DNA from: Vitrella brassicaformis CCMP3155
Lineage: Eukaryota; Protista; Chromerida
Assembly: GCA_001179505.1 (NCBI GenBank)
Contig: CDMY01000579.1
Span: 1 to 48,053 of the forward strand
DNA length: 48,053 nt
Direction of reading: 5' to 3'
The stretch's first letter is position 1. Every line of letters starts with the position of its first letter. Shown piece by piece: positions 36,951 to 48,053 of this stretch. A model generated the notes under the pieces. That model worked only from the letters and a program-made list of their open reading frames with translations. It did not search any database and had not been told where the DNA came from. The translations under genes and the position numbers were made by a program.

Positions 36951-38317
36951 ACGAGGTAAGTATGTATGTACGGGTGGGTGGGCGGTCCCATACCATCAAG
37001 AGTGAAATCCTGGGAGACTGGCGGCACACCCATCCATCATAAAGCATGACGCAGGCACACAAAGGAGGTCACTATGCATCCCAAACAGCAGAAAACAAAC
37101 CACTCGTTGTGTTTGCGCGAGCACACTGCCGCCCATACATCGCTGTCTGCCGTCTGTCTGTCTGTCTGTCTGTTGGGGTTTCAGGGCTGCTAATTTGTAG
37201 GCCCGTGTCATTCGTTCGTATGGCAAGTGAGCAGACCTTTGCCCATCCATCTCGTCTCTCTCGTTGTACGTATGTGAGTAGAAAAAAGCACCCATGTGTG
37301 TGTCATCGTGTAGGTACGTATACCATGTCTGCATCCAAGAGATAGGAAGGGGAGGGCGGGGAAGGCCACACACACGACGGGTCGATCGAAAATCGTATCA
37401 ATGCAGGTACCACCTCCTCAGCCAATGACCAAGTCGCAAGGTGAATAAATGAGTGAGCGAGGGAGGGCACAGACTCTCACGCAGCCAGCCATGCACCACA
37501 CCTCACACGCCTCTCGTTCCTCTCTGTTTTTCGCCCAAGCCGCTATCCACTCACTCACCTACATACACTCATCCCATCCACGTGTGCGGTGCGGTGCCTG
37601 GATGGAAACAGACAGACCTAGAGAGCAAAAGCTAAAGCACCGTGTCCAAAAGCAAAGCAAAGAGAGAGGGGCATATGAACGTGACTGGGCGGCCCTGGCA
37701 GCCGTGTAAGAAGGGGTGTGCTGGCTGGCTGGTAGGGGAGCAGCGCATGTATCTCGTGCATAAGACACTGGTGGGGTGACGGGATAAAGATGGAAAAGCT
37801 CATCAGTCACATCATGTATGTCATCAAGAGTTAGAGCCGATCGTGAACGGAGCATCCAGACAGATCAAAGGGGAGTAAAGGCGATATATGGCAGAGAGCA
37901 AGAAGCGAGCGTGCAGGCAGGGGCAGAAATAGCACGTAGAGTGCACACGCACACTCGAGGCAGACATACACAGCACAACACACGCACTCAGACTCATCCA
38001 TCCTCTTGACAGACACACGTCACTATGCATTCGTTCAAAATACCCCCCAAGTGATGATGACATGAGTGCGGCCCGGACGGCAGGCAGGGAGGCAGGCAGG
38101 CCTCACGCGCCCATTGCCGTGAGCCCGCCCACCCCGTCCCTACTGATCAAACGATCTACCAACCTTGATTGCCTCAGCCAGCCAACGAAGATAAAATGCC
38201 CGGTCACTGCAGCCGACACGGATGCTGCACAAATACCACACACCAGAACGCACGTGAGCTCCTGCACTCAGTTGTGTTGCGTCATGTGTGTGAGTGGGTG
38301 AGGTCACCTCCGAGCAG

Positions 38318-41300
38318 CTACGGCAGCCCCACGCGCTAAAAGGGTAGGGACAATCAAAAGTGAAACACGAAGGAATGAAAGGCACGAGTGTCGTATAGGA
38401 ATGGGGGACGAGTGAAGCTGATCCGCTTGCCGCTCGCCCGCTCCATGCTTCCCTCACCTGTTTTTGGATCCGCGCTCGCTGCCAGAGACGGGGGCGCTCG
38501 CTGCCGGCGTGACGCGAGCAATACTGGGTGATATACGGACCTGGGACAACAGAACCACACCACATCACGCAGAATCTCCTGGCTGGCACCACCGTGGATC
38601 GTCCCCCGCCCCATTCTCCGTCCGTCCCTGACTGACTGACCTGTTCCGCAGGGGTGGTTGTCAGAGGTCTACTAATATCGTCAGCCAGCCCTCCCCCTCC
38701 ACGACCCATCCCCAGCCCTCCCTCAACAGGTGCCGTCTGGGAGGCCAACGCAGGCAGTGGCGGCCGCCCAGACGATGTCGACCTCGGACTCCCGCGAGGC
38801 AGCGGCGGTTTCCCCCTGAGTGCCGGTGACCCGACTTGAGATCCGACGGGTGTCGTCCCTCCTCCTCGCCGATCGGGGCTGACAGAGCCCCTCCTCTCCA
38901 GCTCGGCCAGACGGGCGCGTTCGAGAGCCTCGGCTGTGAGAGTGGGGCTGCGGTGAGGGGTCAGGCTTGCCCCGCCGTCTTCACTCGGTCGGTCCCTCTC
39001 GTGTGGCAGCCGGGTCCGCCTCACACACCGACTCCCGCTGAGGCTGCTCCGGACACTGCCGCTCCCACCACCAATGCTCGACGGGCTCACGCGTCGGAGA
39101 TCATGCAGCGGGCTCTTGTCCGCGACCTCCCTCTCGTCCTTGACCAGGCCGTCGGCACCAGCAGCCACAGCAGCCGGGAGTGACAGGATTGGGGCCTCCT
39201 GGCCCGTCTCGCCTTCGTGTGGTTGCCGCGCAGTCGTAAGGCCGCTCGGCCCAGGCGCCATGGCGCTCTCGGCAGGCGTCTCTATGCCTGTCGTCCGTGC
39301 GCTCGCCCGCAGATTGGGCGCCGAGCCGTCATCTTGGTGGTCAGGCCCATCTCCCGCACCCTCCGGCTCGCCTTGCGGATTAAACCGGTCAATAGATGGT
39401 GACGAAGGCGAGGTTGGCTGCCCAGCCCCGGCCCCCAAGTTGGCACTCCACTCACGTCGAGTCGGCTGCCGCTCGTGTGGGTCGGGGGAGCCGTCGTGGG
39501 GGGACGACGCTCCTCCTTCGCTCCGTGGCGGCAGTCGGCCTCTCCTCGAGGGCGAGCGAGACGAGAGACGGATGAGAGGGTCTGCTGCGCCTGTCCGTTC
39601 CGTCCTCCCATCACTCCGTGTGCTGCGAAGGCCGCGGTCCCCAGCAGCAGCGGCAGGGGCAGGGGAGCCGCCCCTCTCTCCCGTCTGTCTGCCGTTGAGC
39701 TCGGGGCGGGTCGAGGCACCTGCGGGGCTCTGTGAGGGCCGAGATGGCTCTCTCTCTGCTGTCTCCCTCGGCGGCCCACCGGAGGCCTCCACGTGTGCAT
39801 GGCCATCGGCGTGGCTGAGGAATGCATTCCCCCGCTGTATGGCGCTGGTGGCCTCGCCGAGTGACGGGAGGGGGGGCAGCGGAGCGTGCCTGGAGGACCT
39901 CGACCGGTCGTAGTTGGATGGCCCGGATGGGAAGAGGTCGTTGAGGGCCGTGGGTGTGGCTGCGGCTGTGGCTGTTGGCTGTGAGTGTCGGTCAGCAGCG
40001 GACGGCGAGAGGCTGGCCGATCGCTCGGCCCACATGCGGAGACGGAGCTGCTGCATCTCTAGGGCGTGGAGCTCCTCTGAGTGGAGGGTGTGCTCAACCA
40101 TTTCCGTCATCTTCTCGATGTACTCCTGCACAGCACACAACACAACACGATGTCTCAAAAGTGCACGCTGCATTTGATCTCTCTGTGCTGACCGACCTGC
40201 AGTTTGCCGAGCCTCCTGTTGATGGCGTGGATGTTTTTGGGTCCCGACGCAGACATCGAGTACTGAGCAGAGTTCGCAAACGACGCCGAAGCGGGCTGTG
40301 ATGCTGCAGCAACATGGTCGCCCCGATGGCGGTGGGAGCCCCGCCCCCTGGCCGTCCCTGTTGTGGTCGAGGTGTCCCCTCGAGTGGCGCCGGCAGTAGA
40401 CAACGGAGTGTAGGGCAGCACGGGGCCGCCACGCAGGCCTCTGCTTGGTCGATGAAGGTCGGTCTCCCTGTGGCCGCCCCGCCCCTCCCCTCCCGCATTG
40501 ACGTCTCGCGGCTGCAGTGGTCGCTGTCGGCTGGGTGTGGACGAGGATGAGCCGATGTCTGTGTGGTGAAGGGCGCCCTCCTGCCGCTGGTTGGGCTCCC
40601 TCAAGCCACCATCTGCCCTCTGCTGCTGCCTCTCGGGCTCACTCCACGACGGCGACAGCTGCTGCTGACCACCTGCCGCCCCCTCTCCCCGCTGTGTGGG
40701 CAGCACAGGCCCATCGGATCGCCTGGCTCGGCCAGGGGGAGATCTCACGCGGCCCCGGCCACGCAGAGAACCCGGCGAGTTAAAGCCTCCAGCCGCAGCG
40801 GCCTCGGCGATGAAGCCAGGTGTCGGTGGTGTGGGCACCGGGCTTGGCGTGGGGGGCGGGGTGGGGTCGTCCGGGCTCGGGGCGTGTCTGGGCGGCTGCT
40901 GTGAGGAGGGACCTCCAGACAGGACTGGCAAAATGCGCCTAACGCCGCCTCGACCAGTGGGAGGGAGAGGCGCCCGCGAACGGTCTGCTGACGGCGAGCT
41001 CGCTGCTGCAGCCATCATGCTGGCGAACGGCTGACCGGCCCCCGACAGGAGCGATCTCTCTGCCTCACTCTCGTGCTGCGGGGGCCGGGGGGGCCGTGCT
41101 GTTGATGACGATGAAGCTGCTGCCGGCTGTGACACATCGGCGAAGACGTGGGAATCCTGCCTTGCGCTCTCGCCTCTCTCCCTCTGCGCGTCGTTGTTGT
41201 CGATCTGGAGGAAGTCGACGCCCTCCTGGATGGACGGTGACGCAGCGGACGCCTGGTTGCTGCTCGTCATGCCGTGAGGGCTCCGGTCCAAGTCGAGCGG

Positions 41301-44186
41301 CACGGGCACGGGCACGGCCATCGCACCAGGAGGGATGAGGGAGGGGGGAGGCGACAACGCCGACGGGGCCGACGGCACTGCACACAGAACGAGAGACCAT
41401 TGACGAAGGAGGTTAATGTACAGTGGTGCTCAGAGCATACCTGGTGCGTCCCCACTGTTGGCGGCCGTATCCACCACTTCCCCAATGGCTTTTGCAACCC
41501 CTAAGAGACTACCAGGCGGTCTGGCCGCCGCCTCCTCCCCGCCCTCGCCCGACTGATTGGCCATCCCCTCGGCTGCAGCAGACGTGTCAGGTGCCTCCTC
41601 CGCCTCTGCTGAGTCATTCTCGGTGTTGGCGCCCTCCTCTGCCGGCGACGCATCTTCTTGCCTGACGTCCTTAACCAAGGGCACTCCCACCATCACCACA
41701 CCCTCGACAACAAGCCCGTTCGTCTCCCCATGCCCGGATGCATTGCCAGCACTGTCGGTGCTGTGGTTGGCGTTTGCATCCTCACTGCGGTCTCGGTCGG
41801 CGAGCACCCCGTTGGCCGGACTGGGCGCTTGGCGAGCCGGCGAAGTAGGCTGGGGCATTGGGGACTGCTTGGAAGGTCCTGGGCCGGGCGGCAACGACGC
41901 ACTGATGCTGGGATTGGACGCATAATCGGCCGCTGATGTGGCGTCCATGTTGGCGCTTGTCGCAGCCCCAGAAGGCCGCGCGTCGCCGTCCCTCCCTTCC
42001 CTGCGTACGCCGTCTGCAGCTGTTGTCGTGGTGTCGGTGACGCCCTCAGTGCTACGACCATTGGCGATGGGCAGCTGGGTGATGGGTGGCTCGTCCGCCG
42101 CTGGTGTCTCGCCTTGCGGCCGTCCACCAGGCCGCTCGGAGGACGACGCGAGATTGGAGGAGTCGCCTGCCACGTCGCTCTCTGTTGATCGAACAGAGCA
42201 GCCCAACGTCGATACATCTGAGAGGAGGCGAACAGAGAGGTCATAATGGGTATTGGTGTCTGGTCTTCACCTCACTCACCTGGTCTCTTCAACGGCGCCG
42301 GCGACACAATGTCACGTCCTTGGTGCTGCGTCAGAAGCACCTCGAGGTCGCTTGCCGGCCTGGCAGCCGCCTCAGGAGCGGGCGACAGCGACCCCTGCAC
42401 CGAGTGCTGGACGAGCGGCAGGATGGCCGACGCTGACACGCTCATCGTATCCCCGCCCGCATAGCCAACACTCACACTCGACTGCTCATGCAGCGCCATC
42501 TCCAGCTGCACCTTCCGCTTGCCAAGGATGGGGTGCGGCACTGTCCGACGATTGTAGCCCCCTGCTGCTGACTCGCCCAGGCCGCTGTGGCTCATGCTGT
42601 GGCTATCGGACAGGGCGAGGCCGGGGTCGTTGTGGGTGGCATCGTCCGCGTCACCTACAGTGCCCCCCACTCGTCCAGCGGCAGCGATGTCCATGCCGCC
42701 CTGCCTGTCGGCAGCCAGTCGATCGACTTCGGCGTGTTGCCGGCTCGTGTGGCTGTTGGGCAGCACAGGTGTGCTGAAGCGATCGGGTCTGTCGTCACTG
42801 GATGGGTCGCGGGAAATGGGGTGACTCGACGGCTGTGGGCAGCTGGGGTTGTGGCTGAGACTGTAGAGGGAGCTGCGGAGGCTGGCAGCAAAGGAATGAG
42901 AGGCCAGGGAACGCGACGGGAGCGACATCGCGCCACCCGGCCCCACCAGACCGCCCACGCGACCGCGGACCTGGGGATAATGCCCGCCGTGGCCGAAGGG
43001 GAGGTGGAACAAGGCTCCCCCCTTGCCGCCCGGCCCTCTACTGGCGCGACCCCGCACCAGTGTGGCCCTCCCTTGCTCTGCGACGTCCCTACTGCCATCT
43101 GCACTGGCGCTCTTCCTGCTCTTCCTCGTCCGTCCCTTGGGAGAGCCGGCAGGACCGCCTCCCACAGACAGCGATGCCTTGAGGTCGGGCAGATGCGGGC
43201 ACGTGTCTGTCTCGGTGGCGACGCCAGTGGCCGCGTGTGTGCTCATGCTGTTGGTATTGGTGTTGCTGTGGTTGCAGCTGTGGGTGTTGCTGTTGTTGGT
43301 GTGCGTCACACTGGCGCTCTGGGACGGACTGGCGGTCTTGATGTGATGCAGACTTCGCATACCCACCAGGTGGGAGCTGCCGCGCACATCGTCCACTCCC
43401 ACAGTGCCCACGACACCGCCAGCAGCCGAGGCCGACGCCGACCCTGATGCCGAAGCTGATGGGGCCGGTGAGCTGGCGGGCGAGGGGAAGCGAGAGGGGG
43501 AGGGGGAGGGCGCCGATGAAGGAGGACCCGAGGCGCCGCCCGAGAAGAACAAAGGAAGAGACTCTCTATAGCCGGCGAGGCGGTTGGCGTCCGACACACT
43601 CGTGGCGAGGAATGGGACAGCCATGGCAGAACCTGAAGGAATGGATAGTCACACACAAGACCCGCAGAATTATTGGAGGTCAGAATCTGGTACTCTTCTT
43701 CCTTTGTGTACCTGGGCCTCCCCCAGGCCTTCGTGACGCCTTGCCCGCTTTCTGCCGCCGGCTGCCGTGCCGAATGTGCCGGCCGCTGCACCGTTCGCGC
43801 AGCCGACTCCCTCCCCGGCCCTGCCTCCCAAGACTCAGAGGGGCATAGCCTCCGTCACTGGCTGAAGATGATAGCGATTACAGCGATGTCTTGCCGCCTC
43901 GGCCCTTCTCCCCTGCGCCCAGCTGGGCGGCACTTTCAGGCGATTGTCGGTCTACCAGGAGCGAAGAGGGGGATGACGATGCGACAGCCGAGTTGAGGGG
44001 AAAAGGGGGCAGGTTCTCGGGCGACAAAGTGCCGTGAGGACCACCCGCCCGCTGGTCCTCATTAGCCGACTCGCCCGCTCGATCCACTAGAGAATCGTCA
44101 GCACTTGCCGCACCTTGACTGACGTCACTGCCCACACCTTCTGCGTCAGCTGAGTCGCCGGCAACTGCGTTCGCTGGTGCATCCAT
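38318..44186 (-). CDS. Very large Ser/Pro/Ala/Gly/Arg-rich, probably disordered protein
   Basis: Long same-strand ORFs (42272-43624, 41430-42206, 40155-41378, 38140-40173) separated by short intron-like spacers. Short helical islands such as EYIEKMTEMVEHTLHSEELHALEMQQLRLRMW. Both ends uncertain. Confidence 0.6.
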
Positions 44187-44848
44187 TACCCACACACGGG
44201 CTTCTCGACCTCAGCGGTGAGAATTGTTGATGTCGGGAAGATTGCGCCGCTCTCTGGCCATACGAAAAGCACGACTCGACTGCAGAGCACAAATGTCAGA
44301 AAAGGAGGACAAAGGACGGAGCGAATGAGGCGTGTGGCTTCGCAAGAATGCAGCGGCCCTCACTGCCTAGCCTGCGTGCGAGGTGCATCTCATCTTGCCT
44401 TCCTGCTTCAGTGGCCCGCTCTACGCTCCGCGAAGAAAAAGACTCTCACTCACACCAGATGCCCTCAAAACCTCTTTTCTCTTCCTGCCGTCGTCTTCTG
44501 TCGACCCAAGAGGAAGAGCAGACGTCAACATGCGCGCACCACCTGCGAGCCGGAGCTGGAAGCTCGCAGGAAGGGGGCGGGGAAGGGTGAGAAAGATCTA
44601 TAATAGCAGAATGCGGCGCATCCTTCTGTTTTGCATTGCCGTCTCAATAAATCTCGGCGGCGATGCTTATCGTCTGACAATGCCTCTCACACACACACGC
44701 CAACGCCAGTCCTTCAGATCTGGGCGGAGGCTCACACCAATCATGGTATAAACGTCAGCGCAGAAGATAGTGCCACAACACTGTGCACAAAAAGGGCTTT
44801 CCAATTGTCTGCCTCAGCTCACATCTGTGTCATGTAATCTTCACGTAG

Positions 44849-45452
44849 ATGCCCTCGCTAATCGTCACAAGCACTGCAGATCTTGACAAGGCCGCCGAGG
44901 ACGCCTTTCTCACCGAGGCCAGCAGTGCAGTCGCCTCTGGCCTGGGCAAGCCTGAGTCCTACATGCTCGTCAGCTATACCAGGAGTAACATGCGGTTCGG
45001 TGGGTCAGAGGGGCCCGTGGCGTTTGTCTACCTTGCCTCCATCGGCAAGATAGGCCCTGACACGAACCCAAAGGTTAGATGGGATGGGCACAACAGTGAA
45101 TGAATGATTGAGGCCCAGAGGAGGGGCACGGCCCATTCCCTGGCTGTGTGTGTGTGTTTGTCTGGAGCTGCAGGTGTCGGCGACCATCAGGTAGAGATTA
45201 TCACGTCGTGTGGTACTGAACAGAGGAGAGCCTGCGTGATTGCTGTCGTTGTGACATGCCTACCTGTCGCTGCTGCAGCGGCCTCGTGGAGAAACACTTG
45301 GGTGTACCCTCCGACAGATGGTCAGTCAGTCGTAGCACAGCAGCTACGAACCGTTTGGCTCACGTATATGTGTGGTGCCTGTGCTGTGCAGCTACATCCA
45401 ATTCGTGGACTCGCCCGGTTCAAATTTCGGCTACCGGGGCGGCACTTTCTGA
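44849..45452 (+). CDS. MIF: Macrophage migration inhibitory factor / tautomerase homologue (114 aa, 4 exons)
   Basis: Exons 44849-45073, 45174-45190, 45279-45320 and 45392-45452 total 345 nt: MPSLIVT...LGKPESYMLV...LASIGKIGPDTNPK-VSATIS-GLVEKHLGVPSDRC-YIQFVDSPGSNFGYRGGTF*. Catalytic Pro1, the GKP lysine and SIG are conserved. Confidence 0.95.
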
Positions 45453-46022
45453 AGGCCGCGCGTGCGCGAGGTACTGTTGCTCGTCTGATTGGCAAAAGTA
45501 GACATACGGATAGAGTCTTTGGGGTCGGGTGCTGCTTTTGGTTTTATCGGCATACGCTATCAGCCGACTGCCGACAGACACACCTACACCCCTCCTTCCT
45601 GGCCCTTCCCAGGCGACAAGTACGAGGCGACATCTGGAGGAAAGGCACACGTGGGAGAGCAGCTTCGTGAGTCTTTGCGCAGGAGTGTGGGCACACGGAT
45701 GCGATCCATGAATCAACGGTGGATGGGATGTGCAATGGTATGGTGCCGACTTACTTGGTCGTTGCGTGTTGGTCGCAAAGTAATGAACGCTTACGTGTGC
45801 AGTGCATGCCGTGGTTGATTCCATATAACATATTATCTGGTGATGATGAGATTGGATTAAGAATGTGGATCTGTCTGTCCATCGATATGATATCGATTCG
45901 GCCCCCTGTGTTGTGTTTATATCCCAAAAGCAAAGCAACTGCCCCCAACTCAATTGACACTTCTTGTCTGTCTGTCTGTTCACTCAAGTGGTCCCGTCCC
46001 GTCGTCGGTGTTGTGCCTTGGC

Positions 46023-48053
46023 TCACCAGCCCCCGCACTTGGAGCTGCGGCAGCGCTGGCACGGGGCGCCCTTGGGCAGACACCAGCAACCGGCACCCTG
46101 CATACGTGCATCAGAGAGATGACCAACCACNNNNNNNNNNNNNNNNNNNNNNNNNNNNNNNNNNNNNNNNNNNNNNNNNNNNNNNNNNNNNNNNNNNNNN
46201 NNNNNNNNNNNNNNNNNNNNNNNNNNNNNNNNNNNNNNNNNNNNNNNNNNNNNNNNNNNNNNNNNNNNNNNNNNNNNNNNNNNNNNNNNNNNNNNNNNNN
46301 NNNNNNNNNNNNNNNNNNNNNNNNNNNNNNNNNNNNNNNNNNNNNNNNNNNNNNNNNNNNNNNNNNNNNNNNNNNNNNNNNNNNNNNNNNNNNNNNNNNN
46401 NNNNNNNNNNNNNNNNNNNNNNNNNNNNNNGCGGTCTGTGTCCTCGCGGGGGGTGACGGGCTCAGGCTCAGGCTCATCTTCTTCCGTCTTGTCTTCTTCC
46501 TCCTCCTCAGTGTCCGGCCCCTCCTCCTCTTCTGGCTCGGCAGGTCGGGCAGGATGGGGCTGGCCCTCAAAGGGCGGGCTGCTGTCGACGTAGTAGGGCT
46601 GGGTGTCGAACTGACCGCCGTAGTGCTCTCAGTAGGCCTTGGGGTTCTTCTCGTACAGGACTTTGCCCACTGGGGCGCCCTGGGCAATCCACACCGTCCT
46701 GCCGCGACCGCGGCCTGCATCGACACACACACACACACGAACAGCAGAATGCAGCAAGGACAGACAGGCGCAAACAAGGGGAGGGGGCTCTGTCTGTTGG
46801 ATTGTGTCCATACTTCGTGTGCCTTTGCCCCATTCTTTGGGTCTGAATGGTGCGGCGTCGCCTTGTATGGTGGCCACCTTGGCCATGTTATTCGCACCTT
46901 CCTGCGCTCGGACGATGGTCGCGTCGCCGTCGCAATAACCGCGAATAGCCTGGATGCATACAAACAAGGATGCGCACACACAGGCGACACATAGGGGTGC
47001 AGTCATTCATTCATCGCGACACCACACACACACCGCGACCGATGGATGGATGGACTCACGTGTGCTGCAGCTGTGAAATAGGTTGCCACTGCCTTCCCGT
47101 CGGACAGACACCCACGGTACCACGCCACCTCCTCAAGACATGAGACATGACGCACGTCACGCACACAGACACACACACACACACAGAGAGAGAGAGGGGG
47201 AGAGAGAATCAACAATGAACGTCTTGGCGCTTTGCCGCTGAGTGCACCCCTTCGCCCCTGTGTGCCTACGTGGTCGAATTCGGAGCCTGCCAAAACGACG
47301 TGTGCGACAGGCCAAACGACAGGCCAAATGTAGACCATCCTGGGTGTACGACGGCGAAATCGTTTTGCCTACCTGGGTCGGATTTGCGCTCGCCGGGGGG
47401 AGGGCCACGCACGAGGTCACCGGGCATCCACGTCACGACTGCATGACCACACAAACACACACACGGGGCTCCATAAACGGGGCCAGCCAACATTCTGCCC
47501 CGGTGTGTGTGTGTATGTGTGTTTCCCTCCCTCCCTCCCTCCGTTGCTCTCTAGTTTGCTTACTCTGCTGAAACTTGTAGAAAGATTTCATTTTGGTATC
47601 GGTGTTCTGGGCCCACTCTCGCCAGGCGTCAGCGTCGGTCTTGGAGGCATGCTTGTTCTTGTCTGTATGGGTGTGGAGGCGCGGAGGCACACGCACAGTT
47701 AGCATACCAACACAGACAGACAGAGATCAGTGACACACCCACAGAACGGTAGGTATCACGTCCGTCCGTCCGTACTGTTGTATTGTGTGGCATGCTCGCC
47801 AATCGCCTCGGCCAGGGGAGCGAGGGCCTTACGGCTGCACACACACACACACAGACAGGAGAGGGAAACCACACACCCCACACATGGATGGATGGATGGA
47901 CACATAGATCTGCCGCACGTAGATCTGTGTGCAGGGGTGTGTAGTGTGGTGTGGTGTGGTGTGGTGTGATGTGGCAGGGTACCCTTCGGCTGTGCATACG
48001 ACGTCGTTCCACCAGTCGGATATGAGCTTCTTGCCCACGAGGTGGTGATAGGT
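46023..48053 (-). CDS. Unidentified multi-exon gene (5' end off window) with an internal in-frame TGA; possibly a pseudogene
   Basis: Exons >48053-47983, 47834-47776, 47662-47564, 47438-47373, 47286-47270, 47131-47060, 46949-46814 and 46714-(gap) join in phase with GT-AG ends. TGA at 46631-46629. Candidate last exon 46097-46023 reads GAGCWCLPKGAPCQRCRSSKCGGW*. Confidence 0.7.
46131..46430. other. Assembly gap (300 N)
   Basis: Exactly 300 N. The identical size of all three gaps implies a placeholder length. Confidence 1.

Noticed and set aside
36700-38300. 1.6 kb gene-free interval as a candidate ncRNA locus
   Set aside because: Only simple repeats are visible, with no tRNA, rRNA or snRNA motif or stable hairpin I could support.
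6029-43848. Many long antisense or alternate-frame ORFs (e.g. 6029-7252 +, 8744-10036 -, 16701-18107 -, 39074-39913 +)
   Set aside because: They are shadows of GC-rich real exons and microsatellite introns, translate to CVCV/HTHT runs, and show no domains.
45720-46022. Possible SECIS downstream of the TGA-containing gene (minus strand GTGA...AAGAA...TGAG near 45945-45990)
   Set aside because: The flanks are (CAGA)n repeats and I could not pair a helix of the needed length. A SECIS search is still required for a firm negative.

Overview
This is intron-rich eukaryotic nuclear DNA: GC-rich exons, many short GT-AG introns full of (AC)n/(GT)n/(CAGA)n/(GGAT)n repeats, and three 300-N assembly gaps. 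The style suggests a chromerid alveolate such as Vitrella brassicaformis (inference only). Recognisable multi-exon genes, in order: MFS transporter (-), signal-peptide SAM methyltransferase (+), secreted tenascin-type EGF-repeat protein (-), ~10 kb CHD-type chromodomain-SNF2 remodeller (+), Aah1-type adenine deaminase-like enzyme (+), a ~7.6 kb degenerate tandem array of an unidentified gene family (-), SFT2 (-), helical-repeat organellar protein (+), secreted acidic protein (+), EF-hand protein (-), a giant low-complexity protein (-), MIF/tautomerase (+), and an unidentified gene running off the right edge (-). Best leads: (i) that last gene has consistent splice phases over 8 exons yet carries one in-frame TGA followed by more coding-like sequence; (ii) introns have AC-rich 5' halves and complementary GT-rich 3' halves; (iii) an AT-rich cassette recurs 7 times at module junctions of the array; (iv) the deaminase has intact metal ligands but rewritten substrate loops. 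I recognised no rRNA, tRNA, CRISPR array or intact transposase. All gene models were assembled by eye.
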